Below, piece after piece: positions 48,243 through 56,022 of a DNA stretch of 59,163 nucleotides. This stretch comes from Myxococcales bacterium. Lineage in GTDB: Bacteria; Myxococcota; Myxococcia; Myxococcales; 40CM-4-68-19. Made by a program: the position numbers and the translations under genes. The stretch is taken from contig JAIVGS010000190.1 in assembly GCA_020201435.1 (NCBI GenBank), forward strand, positions 1 through 59,163. Reading direction: 5' to 3'. Every line of letters starts with the position of its first letter. The stretch's first letter is position 1. The notes under the pieces were generated by a model that saw nothing but the letters and a program-made list of their open reading frames with translations, did no database searches and was not told where the DNA came from.

Positions 48243-49869
48243 CGCCCGGCTGGCCGGGTCGCCGCCGGCGCCGAGCTACCTCGAGGACGGCACGACCCTG
48301 ATGTCGTGGCTGAACACGCGCGACCACAAGCGCGTCGGCGTGATGTTCCTGGTCGCGGTGATCGTCTCGTTCTTCCTCGGCGGCATCTTCGCGCTGTCGC
48401 TGCGGATGAAGCTGTTGCAGCCCGGCCCGTTCCTGATGGACGCGCTCGGCTACAACCGGCTCTTCACGCTGCACGGCGTGGTGATGATCTTCCTGTTCCT
48501 GATCCCGGCGATACCGTCCGCGTTCGGCAACTTCGTATTGCCGCTGATGATCGGCGCGCGCGACGTGGCGTTCCCCCGGCTGAATCTCGCGTCGTTCTAC
48601 CTCTACCTCGCGGGCGCGGCGATCGCGATCTACGGAATGGTCCACGGCGGCGCCGACACCGGGTGGACTTTTTACACTCCGTATTCCTCGACGACACCGA
48701 CGCAAGTGCTGCCGATCCTGTTGGGCGTGTTCATCCTCGGCTTCTCCTCGATCGTGACCGGCCTGAACTTCATCGTCACGGTCCACACCTTGAGAGCGCC
48801 CGGGTTGAACTGGATGAAGATGCCGCTCTTCGTCTGGGGCATCTACGCGACCAGCATCATCCAGGTCCTCGCCACCCCGGTGCTCGGCATCACGGTCCTG
48901 ATCGTCTCCGTGGAGCGCTTCGCCGGATTCGGGATGTTCGACCCCGCGCGCGGCGGCGATCCGGTGTTGTTCCAGCACATGTTTTGGTTCTACTCCCACC
49001 CTGCCGTCTACATCATGGTCCTGCCCGCGATGGGCGTGATCTCCGAGACGGTGTGCGCGTTCGCGCGCAAGAATCCCTTCGGATACAAGGCGATCGCGAT
49101 GAGCTCGATCGGCATCGCCTTCGTCGGCTTCTTCACCTGGGGGCACCACCTCTTCGTCGCGGGACAGAGCACGTTCGACGCCGGCGCGTTCGGAATCCTT
49201 TCGATGCTGGTCGGGATCTTCACCGCGATCAAGATCTTCAACTGGGTGGGAACGATGTATCGCGGCGCGATCGCGTTCAAGACTCCGTTCGCGTACATCT
49301 GCGGCTTCCTCTATTTCCTCGTCTTCGGCGGAATGACCGGCGTCGCGCTGGCCACGACCTCCCTCGACATCCATTGGCACGACACGTATTTCGTCGTCGC
49401 CCATTTCCATTTCATCATGGTCGGCGCGTCGGTGATGGCGTTCCTCGCCGCGCTGCACTACTGGTTCCCGAAGATGTTCGGCAAGACCTACCACGAGGGC
49501 TGGGGCCTGGTCGCGGCTTCGTTGATCATCCTCGGCTTCAACGCGACGTTCGTGCCCCAGTTCCTGCTCGGCAATTACGGGATGCCGCGCCGGTACTATC
49601 AATATCCCGAGCATTTCCAGGCATTGAACGTCGCTTCGACCGCCGGCTCGACGCTGCTCGGCTTCGGCTTCGTGATCATCCTGATCTATCTCGCCATCGC
49701 GCTCCGCTGGGGACAGCGATCGGAGCAGAATCCGTGGGGCTCGAAAGGCTTCGAGTGGATGACCGCGTCGCCCCCGCCGACCCACAACTTCGACGAGATT
49801 CCGACCATCACCCAGATGCCGCACGACTACCGCACGCACGAACCTCCGGGGGTGATCCGTGTCACCTGA
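48220..49869 (+). CDS. ctaD: cytochrome c oxidase subunit I
   Basis: 549 aa. Motifs: HKRVGVMFL, GNFVLPLMIGARDVAFPRLN, WFYSHPAVYIMVLP, HHLFV, VAHFHFIMVG. Confidence 0.95.
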   Translation: MRLSETDSARLAGSPPAPSYLEDGTTLMSWLNTRDHKRVGVMFLVAVIVSFFLGGIFALSLRMKLLQPGPFLMDALGYNRLFTLHGVVMIFLFLIPAIPSAFGNFVLPLMIGARDVAFPRLNLASFYLYLAGAAIAIYGMVHGGADTGWTFYTPYSSTTPTQVLPILLGVFILGFSSIVTGLNFIVTVHTLRAPGLNWMKMPLFVWGIYATSIIQVLATPVLGITVLIVSVERFAGFGMFDPARGGDPVLFQHMFWFYSHPAVYIMVLPAMGVISETVCAFARKNPFGYKAIAMSSIGIAFVGFFTWGHHLFVAGQSTFDAGAFGILSMLVGIFTAIKIFNWVGTMYRGAIAFKTPFAYICGFLYFLVFGGMTGVALATTSLDIHWHDTYFVVAHFHFIMVGASVMAFLAALHYWFPKMFGKTYHEGWGLVAASLIILGFNATFVPQFLLGNYGMPRRYYQYPEHFQALNVASTAGSTLLGFGFVIILIYLAIALRWGQRSEQNPWGSKGFEWMTASPPPTHNFDEIPTITQMPHDYRTHEPPGVIRVT

Positions 49870-50506
49870 AGCGGGTCTCCCTGAAGGCATTCTCGCGCAT
49901 CATTACTCGTCGCTCGAGCGGCAGAACGAGGCGATGCGGCTCGGCATGTGGCTCTTCCTCGCCACCGAGATCCTGCTCTTCGCCGGGCTGTTCACCGGCT
50001 ATGCCGTCTATCGCTATCAATTTCCGCTCGCGTTCGCCGAAGGCAGCCGTCACCTGAACATCACCGCCGGCACGCTCAACACGATCGTCCTGATCACCTC
50101 CAGCTTCACCGTCGCTCTCGCGCTGCATTTCGCGCGCATCGACAAGCCGCGCGCGGCGGCGATCTGCATCGTGCTGACGCTGCTCTTCGCGCTCGGCTTC
50201 CTCGGGATCAAGGCCGTCGAATACATCGAGCATTTCCAGGAGCACGCGCTGCCGGGAAAGTATTACGCGTTCGAAGAGGTCAACATCGCCGGAGCGGCGA
50301 TGTTCTACACGATGTACTTCCTGATGACCGGCCTGCACGGACTGCACGTCGTGGCCGGAATGAGCGTGCTCTCGTGGCTCTTATGGCGCACGCTGCAGGG
50401 CCGGTATTCGTCGCTCTATTCGACCGGCCTCGAGATGGGCGCGCTCTACTGGCACCTCGTCGACCTGGTCTGGATCTTTCTCTATCCGCTGCTCTACCTG
50501 ATCTAG
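49859..50506 (+). CDS. ctaE: cytochrome c oxidase subunit III
   Basis: 215 aa with a GTG start overlapping the ctaD end. Motifs: GMWLFLATEILLFAGLF, TGLHGLHVVAG, YWHLVDLVWIFLYPLLY. Confidence 0.9.
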   Translation: MSPEAGLPEGILAHHYSSLERQNEAMRLGMWLFLATEILLFAGLFTGYAVYRYQFPLAFAEGSRHLNITAGTLNTIVLITSSFTVALALHFARIDKPRAAAICIVLTLLFALGFLGIKAVEYIEHFQEHALPGKYYAFEEVNIAGAAMFYTMYFLMTGLHGLHVVAGMSVLSWLLWRTLQGRYSSLYSTGLEMGALYWHLVDLVWIFLYPLLYLI

Positions 50507-50518
50507 GAGCGCAAAGCC

Positions 50519-50935
50519 GTGGCCGAGAGCGCGCTGCCGTCCGAGAAGCTGCACCCCGATCGGGAAGAGCCGCACGCGCATTCCGCGGTGCCGTACGTCA
50601 TCGTCTGGATCGTGCTGCTCTTCTTCACCGCGCTCACCTACGTGACGGGCACGATGCACCTCGGCAAATGGGCGCTGCCGATCGCGCTCGCGATCGCCTG
50701 CGTCAAGTCCGCGCTGGTGGTGCTGATCTTCATGCACCTCAAGGAGTCGAGCGGCACCACGCGGCTCGTCTTCGTCACCGCGCTGATCTTCCTCGGCCTG
50801 CTGATGTTCTTCACCGTCGCCGACGTGGCGACGAGGTTCAAGCTGGCGACTCCGGCCGGGGCGCCGTTCGGCACCGAACGCTCACAGCCCGAGGGCCTGC
50901 TCGAGCACGAGATGCCGGCCGAGCCTGAGCAGTAA
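50519..50935 (+). CDS. cytochrome c oxidase subunit IV (prokaryotic CoxIV/CyoD-like)
   Basis: 138 aa with a GTG start. Three TM helices, with the KSALVVLIFMHLK motif typical of bacterial subunit IV. Confidence 0.8.
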   Translation: MAESALPSEKLHPDREEPHAHSAVPYVIVWIVLLFFTALTYVTGTMHLGKWALPIALAIACVKSALVVLIFMHLKESSGTTRLVFVTALIFLGLLMFFTVADVATRFKLATPAGAPFGTERSQPEGLLEHEMPAEPEQ

Positions 50936-50938
50936 GGG

Positions 50939-51061
50939 TCAGAAATACACCAACGTGCCGACCGCGATCTCGGTTGCCGTCGGAATCCGCGACAATTCCG
51001 CGGAGAGCGCGAAGCCGCCGGGCAATGCGAGACGTGGCGCGGAGAAATGAGGGCGCGAAGG
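50939..51061 (-). pseudogene. 3'-terminal relic of a DUF4105-family outer-membrane gene
   Basis: Hand translation of the minus strand gives (stop)[40 protein letters not shown](stop). It aligns with the C-terminus of the intact gene at 53175 (RVALHGDLALSAELCRIPFATELTLGVFKYF) at 19 of 31 residues and about 62 of 96 nt. An in-frame TGA lies immediately upstream. Confidence 0.6.
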
Positions 51062-51100
51062 TCACGGCGACGTCGGCAGATCTGCCGAACGTCGCCGTGA
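51062..51100. terminator. 39-nt near-perfect hairpin (possible bidirectional terminator or recombination site)
   Basis: In TCACGGCGACGTCGGCAGATCTGCCGAACGTCGCCGTGA, 51062..51079 pairs with 51082..51100, with a single bulged A at 51088. It lies between the relic/cox operon end and the PIG-L gene stop at 51112. No U-tract. Confidence 0.45.
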
Positions 51101-51111
51101 TTGCGCACAAA

Positions 51112-52185
51112 CTAGTTGCAGTTTGGCCCAGTGCAATAGCAGTCGTACGAGCCTGAACCATCCGGAAGACAGTTTTCATTCGACAAGCACGAATGTCCGC
51201 AATAGCCGCAGTTTGGACTCTCTGATAAATCAACGCAAACGCCGGAACATTCGACCAGACCGCTGTCCGAACATGGCGGACCCGAGTTGAAACAACTCGA
51301 TCCGTCTCCGCCGGTCGCGACGTAATCATTCCTGCCGATGAACGCCAAGTGGGCCTCATCCTGGGTTGAGGGGAAACCCGAATCTGTCAGTGCGCTGTCA
51401 GTAACCGCGAATACAGTGCGCTCAATTTCGGTGTCCGTATCAGAGAGATCCGCGGGTTGAGTCGCTGAATAGTCGCCCATAAAACGAGCCACGTTGGCGC
51501 AACGCATTCGGGCTGCCACGTAATCCATGAGATAGCCGGTGTTGGTATGATCAGAATGGTCGTCGCGATTGTAAGTTGACGAAGAAGAAGGAATGTTAAA
51601 CCACGTGTACGTTGTGCCGGTGTTCGCGAGTTCGGCCCGAACCATGACTTCGATGGTTGTGACGAGGTCATCCCAACTTGTGTACGTCGTCGAGCCGTCC
51701 ACTGCCGTCATACTGCAGATCGCCCCTGTCCTGAACTTCAGCAAAGACTCATAATTTGACGCCCCACAGCCGCTGCCATCAGGACAGCCATCGGCGAGAC
51801 GTAGGAAATAGGACCGCGTGTTTTTGTACGTATATCCAGAAATAGTATGCCCGTTGAAGTTCGTTGATGTGAAAGTACCTGACGTTGAAGGTGAGTACAC
51901 ATCGGCACAGTACCGAATCGCCCGACGCGCGCCCTCTTCTCGTGCATTAGACCACGACCCGTAACCGCCGCCCGCATCACCCGCGGTTACGTAGATCAGC
52001 ACCACTTTCACGGTTGAGCCAATCGCGTCTCCATATGTGTTCGGATCGAAGAACAACTGCCAGTCGTCCTCATGCGCGACTACGTGGAACGTTACCGCGG
52101 CCCACTGCGCTGCTGCCTGACGGGTCAACCCCAAGCAGCACACAGTGACCAGGAACATCAACCGCAGACATGGTCGTACGCTCAT
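51112..52185 (-). CDS. secreted PIG-L/LmbE-family deacetylase with Cys-rich C-terminal module
   Basis: Start set at ATG 52185, preceded by GGGAGG. Signal peptide MSVRPCLRLMFLVTVCCLGLTRQAAAQ. VVAHEDDWQLF is a variant of the PIG-L AHPDDE motif, and DDHSDH is the HxDH motif. The last ~60 aa contain 14 Cys (CSGVCVDLSESPNCGYCGHSC..). Codon usage is visibly AT-richer than in the neighbours. Confidence 0.78.
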   Translation of the reverse strand: MSVRPCLRLMFLVTVCCLGLTRQAAAQWAAVTFHVVAHEDDWQLFFDPNTYGDAIGSTVKVVLIYVTAGDAGGGYGSWSNAREEGARRAIRYCADVYSPSTSGTFTSTNFNGHTISGYTYKNTRSYFLRLADGCPDGSGCGASNYESLLKFRTGAICSMTAVDGSTTYTSWDDLVTTIEVMVRAELANTGTTYTWFNIPSSSSTYNRDDHSDHTNTGYLMDYVAARMRCANVARFMGDYSATQPADLSDTDTEIERTVFAVTDSALTDSGFPSTQDEAHLAFIGRNDYVATGGDGSSCFNSGPPCSDSGLVECSGVCVDLSESPNCGYCGHSCLSNENCLPDGSGSYDCYCTGPNCN

Positions 52186-52324
52186 ATGGTTACCTCCCTG
52201 ACCTGCTCGTCCACGAACCGCTCGTCTCGGCTGCGGCACATAGCTCGCATTGCCGCGCCATCTTTCATCGGGAGTCCCGATCTGCGCTCTTGTGACGCCG
52301 AAATCTGTGCGTTAGTTGATTGGA

Positions 52325-53188
52325 ATGACGACTTGTCCCATCTGTGACAGCCCACGAGAGGTTGGCGTTCTCCCTTGGCTCGTTCGCTGTCCAAGCTGTG
52401 GATTCGTACAATCTTCGTTACAGCCTGGACTTGGCAACGCCGCGTCCCACAGCCGGCTGGATGAGGTCGCTCGCGCAGAAGGGCTCACCACCGTTCGCAA
52501 CAACAACTTCGCCGTGATTCTCCGGGAGCTCGCTCGACTCCGACCGCACCCCGGTAAGATGCTCGAGGTGGGTTGTGGCCATGGCTGGTTCCTGGAGGCA
52601 GCCGGTCGAAATGGATGGAAAACAATAGGCATAGAGCCTGATCGTGAGATCGCATCGATCGCGACTCGACGAGTGCCCGGAGTGCGACTCGGAATGTTCC
52701 CGGAGTCAGTCGATCCGGGCGAAACTTTCGATGCGGTCGTATTCAATGATGTATTCGAACACTTACCCGACGTGAACCAGGCGATGGCAGCATGCGCCAG
52801 AGTGCTTGCGGCGAACGGACTGCTCGTCATCAATCTTCCGGATGCGCGAGGGATCCTCTATCGCACCGCGCACGCTCTCGCACACCTCAGGATTTTTGGT
52901 CCGTTACACAGGCTTTGGCAAAAAGACTTCCCCTCGCCTCATTTGAGCTACTTCACGGGTCCACTCCTCAGACGTCTCGCGCAACGACATGGGTTCGTTT
53001 CTCTGCATGGCTCACGCCTGCAAAGTGTAGCGTTTCGTGGCCTGTGGCCGCGGATCCGATACGACCGTGACATGGGCGCAGCAAAGGCGAGCGTCGCATT
53101 CGCGATCGTTGCTGCCGCATACCCCCTCCTGCGCGTGTTGCCTTCCGACATCTGGTTCGAGATCTTCGAGGCGTCTAGAAGTACTTGA
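52325..53188 (+). CDS. class I SAM-dependent methyltransferase with N-terminal zinc ribbon
   Basis: CPICDS..CPSCGF is a four-Cys ribbon. MLEVGCGHGWFLEAA is the SAM motif I, and VVFNDVFEHLPD the motif II region. ATG 52325 was chosen inside ORF 52316..53188. Lower GC than the surroundings. Confidence 0.8.
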   Translation: MTTCPICDSPREVGVLPWLVRCPSCGFVQSSLQPGLGNAASHSRLDEVARAEGLTTVRNNNFAVILRELARLRPHPGKMLEVGCGHGWFLEAAGRNGWKTIGIEPDREIASIATRRVPGVRLGMFPESVDPGETFDAVVFNDVFEHLPDVNQAMAACARVLAANGLLVINLPDARGILYRTAHALAHLRIFGPLHRLWQKDFPSPHLSYFTGPLLRRLAQRHGFVSLHGSRLQSVAFRGLWPRIRYDRDMGAAKASVAFAIVAAAYPLLRVLPSDIWFEIFEASRST

Positions 53189-55040
53189 AAACGCCCAACG
53201 TCAGCTCGGTCGCGAACGGGATGCGACAGAGTTCCGCCGACAGGGCGAGGTCACCGTGCAGCGCGACACGCAGCGACGCGTCGAGCTTGAAGAGCGATCG
53301 CGGCTGGGCCCCGGGCAGATATTGCCACTGCGCGGAGCCGAGCATCACCAGCCGATCGCCGAGCCGTGCGCGCACCGCGCCGGAAGGGCCGATACCCAGG
53401 CGGGCGGGCCAGCCGGAAGGACCCTGCAGATGTGGGGTCGCGACGATCGTCGCATCGCCGGTCGCGAGGAGCGCGAGCTTGTCGTCGAAGAACGCGATCG
53501 ACGCGCCGCCGCCGGTTTCGAACGCGCCGGCGAGACAGCCATTGCAGCCCGCGTCGCGCAGCGTCAACGCGCCGGCCCGCATCTTCCAGGTCAACGGCTG
53601 GTCGAATCGATCCATCGGCGCGACCGACGCCACGTCCGCGAGCCAGGCGCTCTCCAGCCACAGCGTCTGCGCGCGTACGTTGTAGCGAAATCGCATCGGC
53701 AGGAATTCGAGCTTGGCGAGCTCGGGATATCCCGCCACCGGATCGAGCAGATCGTGCAGCGCGAGCCGGAAATCGAAGATCGCGAATTCGCCGGTGTCGG
53801 TCGAGCCGCCGCCGCCGAGGCCGACGCGCATCGAGCCGTGTCCGCGATCGGGCTGCGACAGCGGCGGGAGCGGCTTCAATTCCTCGCTCTGCACCGGCAC
53901 CGCGCTGCGCCGCTCGAGGAGGTCCTGCTTCAGCTTCATCGCCGGCGCATCGGTGCCGAGCAAGAGGCCGCGGCCATACCGCAGATCGACGAGATCGAGC
54001 TCCGCGTCGAGCACTCGCGCGCGTTGCACCGGCGTCAGCCACGGCTCGTCGGCGAGCTTCGCCACCTGGGCGAGCTCGGGACCGGAAAGCTCGGCCGCGC
54101 GGCGCCGGAACTGCGATCGAATCGACGGCCGGTAATGCACCGCGCGCACGAGCCCCGGCACCGAATCGAGGGCTTTCACGGTATCCGCCGGCACCGCGAC
54201 ATGGCCGACGTGCGAGAGCAAGTCCAGCTCGGGCACCGCGGCTTCCAAAGCAGCGAGCAGCCAATACGAGCAATTGCGCGAGATGTAGTAGTAGGGAAAT
54301 CGCGTCGCGCCGAGCTCGAAGATGTGCGCCACGACCAGCGCGACTTGCTGGGGCGTCAGCGCGAGGTCGTATTCCCAGAGATCGCGCGACTCGAAATCGT
54401 TGTACTCGCGCACCTTGTAGAAATACGGAATCGCGCTGAATTGGCCGGGGAAAACGCCGAGCAATCCTTTCACCGCATAGACCAGCGCGTTTTCGGTATC
54501 GACGTTCGCCGAGTAGTTGACGCCGTAATCGAGCAGCTCGAAATGCTTGCCCGCTTCGGCGCCGTCGGTCCTGTCGAATCGCAACAGCGTGTGGCCGAAC
54601 GCGGAAGCGGGACTGCTCAAAAAATACGACGAGAAGACCATCGTGATCGAGCGCGCGCCAATCTTGCCGAAGAACTCCTCGAACTTCGGACAGGACGCCA
54701 AAGGCAGTCGTGCAAAATCGAAATGCAGACGGGAATTCAGCCACGCCATCCGCGCCGGAAACCGGCATTGACCGTCGGCGGAAAAGAACGATGCCAGCGT
54801 CGCGTCGAGCTCGCCGGCGGGATCGTCGGCGCCGCGCGGAGAGAGAAAGAACGACGACGAGGCCTCGCTGTGCCAGCCGCCGAATAACCCGCGCTCGTAA
54901 TGGACCAGCCCGATCCAGCCGCGCTCCTCGGCGAGGCGCTGCTCCCTCGCCGAGGCCTGCAACTCCGGGAGATAACCGTCTGCGCGTGCGGCCGACGCCG
55001 CGAAGGCGGCCGCAATCAACACGGCCGCCTGCACGTTCAA
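53175..55040 (-). CDS. DUF4105-family outer-membrane protein
   Basis: 621 aa with signal peptide [47 protein letters not shown] and RNCSYWLL are DUF4105 hallmarks. The C-terminal half ends in the beta-barrel-type terminus GVFKYF. Confidence 0.85.
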   Translation of the reverse strand: MNVQAAVLIAAAFAASAARADGYLPELQASAREQRLAEERGWIGLVHYERGLFGGWHSEASSSFFLSPRGADDPAGELDATLASFFSADGQCRFPARMAWLNSRLHFDFARLPLASCPKFEEFFGKIGARSITMVFSSYFLSSPASAFGHTLLRFDRTDGAEAGKHFELLDYGVNYSANVDTENALVYAVKGLLGVFPGQFSAIPYFYKVREYNDFESRDLWEYDLALTPQQVALVVAHIFELGATRFPYYYISRNCSYWLLAALEAAVPELDLLSHVGHVAVPADTVKALDSVPGLVRAVHYRPSIRSQFRRRAAELSGPELAQVAKLADEPWLTPVQRARVLDAELDLVDLRYGRGLLLGTDAPAMKLKQDLLERRSAVPVQSEELKPLPPLSQPDRGHGSMRVGLGGGGSTDTGEFAIFDFRLALHDLLDPVAGYPELAKLEFLPMRFRYNVRAQTLWLESAWLADVASVAPMDRFDQPLTWKMRAGALTLRDAGCNGCLAGAFETGGGASIAFFDDKLALLATGDATIVATPHLQGPSGWPARLGIGPSGAVRARLGDRLVMLGSAQWQYLPGAQPRSLFKLDASLRVALHGDLALSAELCRIPFATELTLGVFKYF

Positions 55041-55504
55041 ATTGCCGAGCAGGAAAGCTGCTTGTCCGCTTTCAGCGTCGCCAGCACGTTGTCGGCGACG
55101 ATGTCACTCGAGACCTTCTCGTTCGGGATGATGCTGCTGAAATTCTTCTGCAGCGTCGCGCCGACGACCTTGGCGTCGCTGCAGCCGGTCAGCTGCGTCA
55201 ACGTCGCGATCGTCTCGCCCGAGCCCCGCGCCATGTCCTTGGCCAGCGCCTCGCGATTCACGTCGATGAACAGCCGCGCGCCTGCCGGCGTCGCCGGAGG
55301 ACCGCAGTTCAACGTGCCGGTCGTGATGCCGAACGTCTGGTTGCCGAAGATGCCGTTGGTGGTGGCCGCGACTACCTGGACGAATCCTGGCTGCGAGCCG
55401 AACAGCACTGATCCAAGCCCGCATCCAGCCGTGCCGTAGGCCGGAGCGGCGGACGCCGACCCTGCCGTCAGGAGCAACGCCGCGACCGCGATCGCTTTGC
55501 GCAT
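55037..55504 (-). CDS. DUF3015-family periplasmic protein
   Basis: 155 aa with signal peptide [28 protein letters not shown] and GITTGT are typical of DUF3015. There is a 4-nt overlap with the DUF4105 gene start. Confidence 0.78.
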   Translation of the reverse strand: MRKAIAVAALLLTAGSASAAPAYGTAGCGLGSVLFGSQPGFVQVVAATTNGIFGNQTFGITTGTLNCGPPATPAGARLFIDVNREALAKDMARGSGETIATLTQLTGCSDAKVVGATLQKNFSSIIPNEKVSSDIVADNVLATLKADKQLSCSAI

Positions 55505-55523
55505 GTCATCCCCTCTCGTGTCG

Positions 55524-55542
55524 GAGGGCCGAAAGGGCCCTC
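55524..55542. terminator. small hairpin GAGGGCC-GAAAG-GGCCCTC between DUF2795 and DUF3015 genes
   Basis: 7-bp GC-rich stem with a 5-nt loop. It lies downstream of the DUF2795 gene and ~20 nt upstream of the DUF3015 start on the minus strand. No U-tract. Confidence 0.3.
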
Positions 55543-55593
55543 TCGCTGAGGAGCGACACTAGCGCATTTCATGCGCGGAAGTGGGACGTTTCG

Positions 55594-55896
55594 CTACGGA
55601 TGTCGCGGATCCGGCGCGTCCTCCGCGGCGACGCGGCCGATGTCGTCGCGGCGCGCGCGCGGATCGGCGGCGTTGCCGCTCGCCATCCGCCGCTCGGCTT
55701 CCGCGAAGTCGCGCAGAAGCTCTTCCTGCGACGCGTACCGCTCGCGCGGCAGGGACTTGAAGAAGTTGATCACCTCCGGAGGCGATTCGTTGTCCTCCGC
55801 CGTCTCGACCAGCTCCTCGCGGGTCGCAGGAAAATCGACCTGCGCCATGTGCGCCGCGGGGCTTCGCTTCGGGTCTTCGCCGATTCCTCTCGCCAT
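55594..55896 (-). CDS. DUF2795 protein
   Basis: Distal 100 aa of ORF 55594..58440. [42 protein letters not shown] is the DUF2795 pattern. The rest of that ORF is antisense to the GGDEF-EAL gene. Confidence 0.75.
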   Translation of the reverse strand: MARGIGEDPKRSPAAHMAQVDFPATREELVETAEDNESPPEVINFFKSLPRERYASQEELLRDFAEAERRMASGNAADPRARRDDIGRVAAEDAPDPRHP

Positions 55897-56022
55897 GCCC
55901 TGAAACCTAGGCCGCGGCCCGATTTGCGCCATCTGTCGCCTGGTGGACGGGCGCGCATCCGCTCCCACCCACGGCCCCTTAACTCCTACCCGAGGGCAGT
56001 GCGTAAGTGGCCCAGAGGGAAG

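Noticed and set aside
51047-51061. GGGCGCGAAGG next to the hairpin as a third copy of the GCGAAGG palindromic element
   Set aside because: It is only a single unit with no inverted partner or shared AACTGCAAC leader. It is also explained as coding sequence of the DUF4105 relic.
51062-51100. The hairpin with one extrahelical base as an integron attC site marking a gene cassette
   Set aside because: There is no integron integrase or attI in the window. I could not find the RYYYAAC / GTTRRRY core sites at the stem ends. It is kept only as a generic hairpin or terminator candidate.
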